DNA of 62,848 nucleotides, counting the filler. It is 4 parts of 4 records of this genome, joined end to end, with 100 filler letters (N's around TTAATTAATTAA, not from the genome) between each part and the next. Parts side by side here need not be neighbours in the genome. Positions count along the whole stretch, not along the records: positions 49,659 to 62,848 come from SRR20825006_2419; 3 more parts are not named here. One strand, 5' to 3'. The translations under genes were made by a program, and so were the position numbers. A model generated the notes under the pieces. It made no database searches, had not been told where the DNA came from, and saw only the letters and a list, made by a program, of their open reading frames with translations. Positions 59,059 to 62,848 of the stretch are shown piece after piece (position 1 is the first letter of the stretch; each line of letters opens with the position of its first letter).

Positions 59059-60156
59059 GTGAATTATACCTACCTACACTATCAAATAGGACTTAGCCTA
59101 TTGCATAACATTGGTCCGAAACGAGCCAGACAAATTGCCGAGCAATTGCCCGACTTATCTTATTTATTCAAATGGACAATACGTGAAATTCATCAGCACA
59201 CACGCATTTCTACGAGCATTATTCAAGGAATGAATAGAAAAAAAGCATTAGAAATTGCCAACGAAATTATCATTTACAACGCCAAACAAGGCATCAGGTC
59301 GCTCTTCTATACTGATCCTGAATACCCGCGCCGATTAAAGTCTTGTGATGATGCTCCCATCGTTATTTACAGTAAAGGTGAAGTTTCATTGAACAATCAC
59401 TCCTACGTTGCCATAGTTGGCACAAGGGACGCTACAACGTACGGAAAACACCTATGCTCGGAATTAATCGAAAGCATTAAGGGCAGCGACATCGTAGTTG
59501 TAAGCGGTTTAGCCAAAGGTATAGACGCGACCATTCACCAACTGTGTTTAGATCACGGAATTCCAACGATTGGAGTTCTAGGACATGGCTTGGATCGCAT
59601 TTACCCTTACACGCACCGCCACCTTGCTCAAAACATGCTTCTCACAGGAGGAATGATTTCGGAGTTTGTTCCAGGTACAAAGCCCGATCGTGAAAATTTT
59701 CCAAAAAGAAATCGAATTGTTGCTGGAATGACGGACGCAACGATTGTTATTGAGAGTAAACTCCCCGGCGGATCGCTCATTACTGCAGATTTAGCATTTG
59801 GCTACAACCGAGACGTTTTTGCCTATCCCGGTGATGTCTTCAGCGCAAACTCCAAAGGAGTGAATCATTTAATTGCCTCGCAAAAAGCACAACTTATTCA
59901 ATCAGGAACTGATTTTCTGACAAATATGGGGTGGAAAGCCAGCTCACAACCCAAGAGTCCACAACCACGATTGTTTGTCCAACTAAGCGAAAAACAGCAA
60001 CTCATCACAAGTCAATTAATAGAAGGAGGTTTACACGTAGATGTTATTTCCTACAAGACTTCTTTATCCGCATCGCAGCTAAATGCAGAATTATTCTTTT
60101 TGGAACTTGAAGGAATTGTAGAAAAGCTTCCCGGTAAAATTTATCGACTTATTTAA
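59059..60156 (+). CDS. dprA: DNA processing protein DprA
   Basis: YPRRL, VAIVGTR, VSGLAKGID, FPKRNRIVAG, GSLITA, C-terminal winged helix LELEG; GTG start at 59059 avoids overlap with the receptor gene. Confidence 0.96.
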   Translation: MNYTYLHYQIGLSLLHNIGPKRARQIAEQLPDLSYLFKWTIREIHQHTRISTSIIQGMNRKKALEIANEIIIYNAKQGIRSLFYTDPEYPRRLKSCDDAPIVIYSKGEVSLNNHSYVAIVGTRDATTYGKHLCSELIESIKGSDIVVVSGLAKGIDATIHQLCLDHGIPTIGVLGHGLDRIYPYTHRHLAQNMLLTGGMISEFVPGTKPDRENFPKRNRIVAGMTDATIVIESKLPGGSLITADLAFGYNRDVFAYPGDVFSANSKGVNHLIASQKAQLIQSGTDFLTNMGWKASSQPKSPQPRLFVQLSEKQQLITSQLIEGGLHVDVISYKTSLSASQLNAELFFLELEGIVEKLPGKIYRLI

Positions 60157-60161
60157 ACTAG

Positions 60162-60187
60162 AAAAGGCATCCTATTGGATGCCTTTT
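60162..60187. terminator. Bidirectional terminator between dprA and ppiD
   Basis: AAAAGGCATCC-TATT-GGATGCCTTTT perfect stem. Confidence 0.88.
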
Positions 60188-60209
60188 ACTAATTCTTTAT
60201 TGAGATGTT

Positions 60210-62384
60210 CTATCTTCTAATTTGCTTTTCAAAAAGTCGACGGTTATCAATAACATCTGCTTTTTTCTCTAGTGCACGTTTCGCTTCCATTGCAAGGTTT
60301 GTGCGCATTCCTGAAATTAGCTGACCCTTTTCTTTGTCATAATTAGTTGTTGTTGGCGCCTTAAGCGTTTTGTCAATTCTAATTACGTACACTCCAGATT
60401 TTCCTCTGATTGGTTTTGTTGTTTTTCCATCTTTCAATGCTGAGAAGATTGCACCAACTACTTCTGGTTCAAATCCTCCACCAGTAATCTGTGGATTCGC
60501 GAAAGTAACCTCAGCAGTTTGAACACTGATTCCATCACCTTTAATTTGCGTTAATCCTTTACCAGTCATTTCCTTTGTGAAGCGCAATACTTTTTGATCT
60601 TCAATGTAATCTCTTTTCATTGCATCTTTCACAGCGTCGAAGCTTGGCTCTCCTTTTTCACGGATCAAAGCAAGAATTGCAATAACGTGCTTGTCTTTGT
60701 CCTTGATTGGTGCAGCAATTAAATCTCCTTCTTGTGCGTTTTCATTGAACGCTAAGCCTAAGATTTTCTCTTCCGCAAATTTCGATGTAAATCCATATAA
60801 TACTGGACCGTTATCGTTGATGTTAATTGGACGAGAAAGGAAATTGTTTTGTTGAGCTATTGTGTCAAACATTTGAACTTTTTCTCTTGCTGTCTTTTTA
60901 TTCTCAATCTTTTCTCCGATTTTGAATAACAAGTCGTAAGCAACATCTTGTTTATTCTGAATGGTTTCACCACTTGGAGTAAGCGTTTTTTGAATTGCCG
61001 CCAATCGTGGGTACTTTTTACCTTTTCTTCCTGTAACTTGAACGATGTGGATTCCAAACTGAGATTTCACCTTTCCAATTTCTCCGATAGGTTTATCAGC
61101 AACATAAATTGCGAACGGTTGAACCATTTGAGAGAAGAAGAAATCTCCTAGATCACCATCTTTCTCTTTTGAACCTGTATCCTCACTGTATTTTTTAACT
61201 AATTCAACGAAGTTACCATCATTGATCACAGCCATAATGCTATCCGCTCTCGCTTCGATTTCAGCGTCGTTCCCTTCTTTGGCAGACAATAAAATATGTC
61301 GTGCGTTAATTGTGTCCGACGTAAATCCTAATACTTTCGCTACGATTGTCGCTCCATCATGTTGGTAAGGACCAACAATTTGTCCAACTTGCGATTGAGC
61401 GAACACACTGTCCATGTACGCTGGGTACGTCATGTGCTGTTGCGCATTTGCGTGCGTTTTTGGCAATGCAGTACTGTAAGGTCCACTTGAGTAGAATCTC
61501 ATGTCGCTATTCTTCATCACGTAAGTTGAATCATTTTTAGCTGCTGCCAATCCTGATTTAAACTTCGCCATTTCTTTATTGAATTTAAGCGAATCTTGTT
61601 TTGAAGGTTGAATCATGATATCGAAGAAGTGAACTTCACGCGATGCCAATTTAATTTCATACTTCTTGTCCGACTTATGTTCTTCGTAATACTTTTTCAA
61701 TTGAGCATCAGAAACCTTAATGTCCTCATCTGGAATATCGCGGTAACGTTTAACTACGAACGAAATTGATTTAATTTCTTGAGTTGCGTAGTAATCGTCT
61801 TTTGCCTCTAACTTCGTAGCATACATTCCTTGTTCAAGGATATCGATGTACTTTTCTTCCTTTCTCTTCTTAATGTAATATTCTTTCGAATCCTCCCAAC
61901 TTGTTCTCATCGCTTGGTCATCAGAATTTTGCATTTCCTCGATACGAGAACGCAAAAGATTAGGATTGAACGTATTTGTAGAATCTACGAATGCTTTTTT
62001 AAGATCATCCATTACATCAAATCCGTCTTCTCCATAAAGATACGCATCAAACTCTCTATCGCTGACATCAATACCCAATGCGGCATATTCTCTTTCTAAA
62101 AGAGACTCTTCGATAAACGCCTTCCAGATTCCGTCTTGGTCTACTGGTTGTGGCTGTTGCTGCTGTTGTGCTGCAATTCTATCTGCCGTTGCTTGGTTTT
62201 TAGCGACTGTTTTATTGAATTCATCAATATCCACTTTTTCACCATAAACAGTACCGAAACCATATTTTGGTTCACTTCCTTGAGTGATTCTTGTCCAATC
62301 TCCCAGGATGAAAGCAGCGAGTGCAAGACCAACTACTACGAGTACTAGCCACCCCTTGTCACGTATTTTTCCAATTATTGCCAT
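60210..62384 (-). CDS. ppiD: PpiD-like membrane-anchored parvulin PPIase/chaperone
   Basis: MAIIGKIR plus TM, SurA-N-like region, rotamase motifs (ARHILL, SED.GS..KDGDLG, MVQPF, SQFGIHIV). Confidence 0.88.
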   Translation of the reverse strand: MAIIGKIRDKGWLVLVVVGLALAAFILGDWTRITQGSEPKYGFGTVYGEKVDIDEFNKTVAKNQATADRIAAQQQQQPQPVDQDGIWKAFIEESLLEREYAALGIDVSDREFDAYLYGEDGFDVMDDLKKAFVDSTNTFNPNLLRSRIEEMQNSDDQAMRTSWEDSKEYYIKKRKEEKYIDILEQGMYATKLEAKDDYYATQEIKSISFVVKRYRDIPDEDIKVSDAQLKKYYEEHKSDKKYEIKLASREVHFFDIMIQPSKQDSLKFNKEMAKFKSGLAAAKNDSTYVMKNSDMRFYSSGPYSTALPKTHANAQQHMTYPAYMDSVFAQSQVGQIVGPYQHDGATIVAKVLGFTSDTINARHILLSAKEGNDAEIEARADSIMAVINDGNFVELVKKYSEDTGSKEKDGDLGDFFFSQMVQPFAIYVADKPIGEIGKVKSQFGIHIVQVTGRKGKKYPRLAAIQKTLTPSGETIQNKQDVAYDLLFKIGEKIENKKTAREKVQMFDTIAQQNNFLSRPININDNGPVLYGFTSKFAEEKILGLAFNENAQEGDLIAAPIKDKDKHVIAILALIREKGEPSFDAVKDAMKRDYIEDQKVLRFTKEMTGKGLTQIKGDGISVQTAEVTFANPQITGGGFEPEVVGAIFSALKDGKTTKPIRGKSGVYVIRIDKTLKAPTTTNYDKEKGQLISGMRTNLAMEAKRALEKKADVIDNRRLFEKQIRR

Positions 62385-62565
62385 TGTGTTTTCTAAATAA
62401 GTCTGCGAATATAGTTAGATGGATTTATTTTTAAAAGGAAATGTGGGATATTCTCTATAATAGTGTCTTTCAACTCTTCAACTAGTAAAGTGTTAATTTC
62501 AGCTTACTTGCCTCATTCGACAATTAACTGGAACTTCTAAGAACAACTCTTGGTTGTTTTTGAAA

Positions 62566-62601
62566 CAATAAATCCGCACCAAAAATGATGCGGATTTATT
62601 G
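62566..62601 (-). terminator. Hairpin after the last partial gene
   Basis: CAATAAATCCGCA pairs with TGCGGATTTATTG around a 10-nt loop. Confidence 0.7.
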
Positions 62602-62622
62602 ACAAATATTTATGCGTTGAAG

Positions 62623-62848
62623 TTATTTTCCTCCACCCTTTTCAGGCTCTGAAGTGCCGCGCTCTCTACCGCCTCCGCCTTCTTCTACCTCTTTTCCTTT
62701 AAGCTCTTCTTCCGCTTTTTTCTCAACTTCTTCCTTCGCTTTTTTAGCGTCTTCTATTGCCTTTTGTTTTGCAGCTTCTTGCGCCTTCTTAAAATCTTCC
62801 GCAGCCTTTCGCTCAGCCTCTAACTTAGCTTTTTGATTAGCTACCTCT
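62623..62848 (-). CDS. 3' end of a gene with a K/E/A-rich coiled-coil C-terminus (5' part outside the window)
   Basis: Open frame ...EVANQKAKLEAERKAAEDFKKAQEAAKQKAIEDAKK...EKGGGK* ending in TAA at 62625-62623, followed by a hairpin. Confidence 0.7.
   Translation of the reverse strand, partial: EVANQKAKLEAERKAAEDFKKAQEAAKQKAIEDAKKAKEEVEKKAEEELKGKEVEEGGGGRERGTSEPEKGGGK

Overview
The window is not one genomic locus. It is four unrelated contigs joined by identical artificial 100-bp spacers (44 N + TTAATTAATTAA + 44 N at 29742-29841, 37772-37871 and 49559-49658), so nothing can be inferred from adjacency across those spacers. Contig 1 (1-29741) is a Rhizobiales-type alphaproteobacterial core region: ybgC-tolQRAB-pal, the sqdBDC sulfolipid operon with a candidate Pho box, thrC/M16 peptidase/RimJ-like/GGDEF-EAL, an AlgH-DsbD-Prx-SodC redox cluster, rnhA-thrB-ispH and an aa3 cytochrome c oxidase operon. 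Contig 2 (29842-37771) looks gammaproteobacterial: a truncated Flp pilin missed by the ORF track, recX, a Spy/CpxP-like protein, a multidomain 5'-nucleotidase-type lipoprotein, a PreP-like M16C peptidase and a glutaminyl cyclase. Contig 3 (37872-49558) is high-GC, possibly Myxococcota/Bradymonadia-like, and carries a MoxR-vWA (Bat-like) operon with an SDR gene inside it and two large fusion genes. Contig 4 (49659-62848) is Bacteroidota: dxr, a C1 aminopeptidase, an HU-like/SPOR protein, kdsB, a TonB-dependent receptor, dprA and ppiD. I saw no rRNA, tRNA, CRISPR array, transposase or integrase. Most of the content is housekeeping. The best candidates for something poorly described are (i) the Bat-like operon, whose BatB-BatC fusion has an internal lipobox-like segment and three Cys/DxxExND repeat modules, (ii) a GGDEF-EAL sensor in which every catalytic motif is degenerate, (iii) the nucleotidase-LamG lipoprotein, and (iv) the HU-like/TM/SPOR protein near dprA. 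None of these can be called novel without database searches. Taxonomic and family assignments come from motif recognition only.
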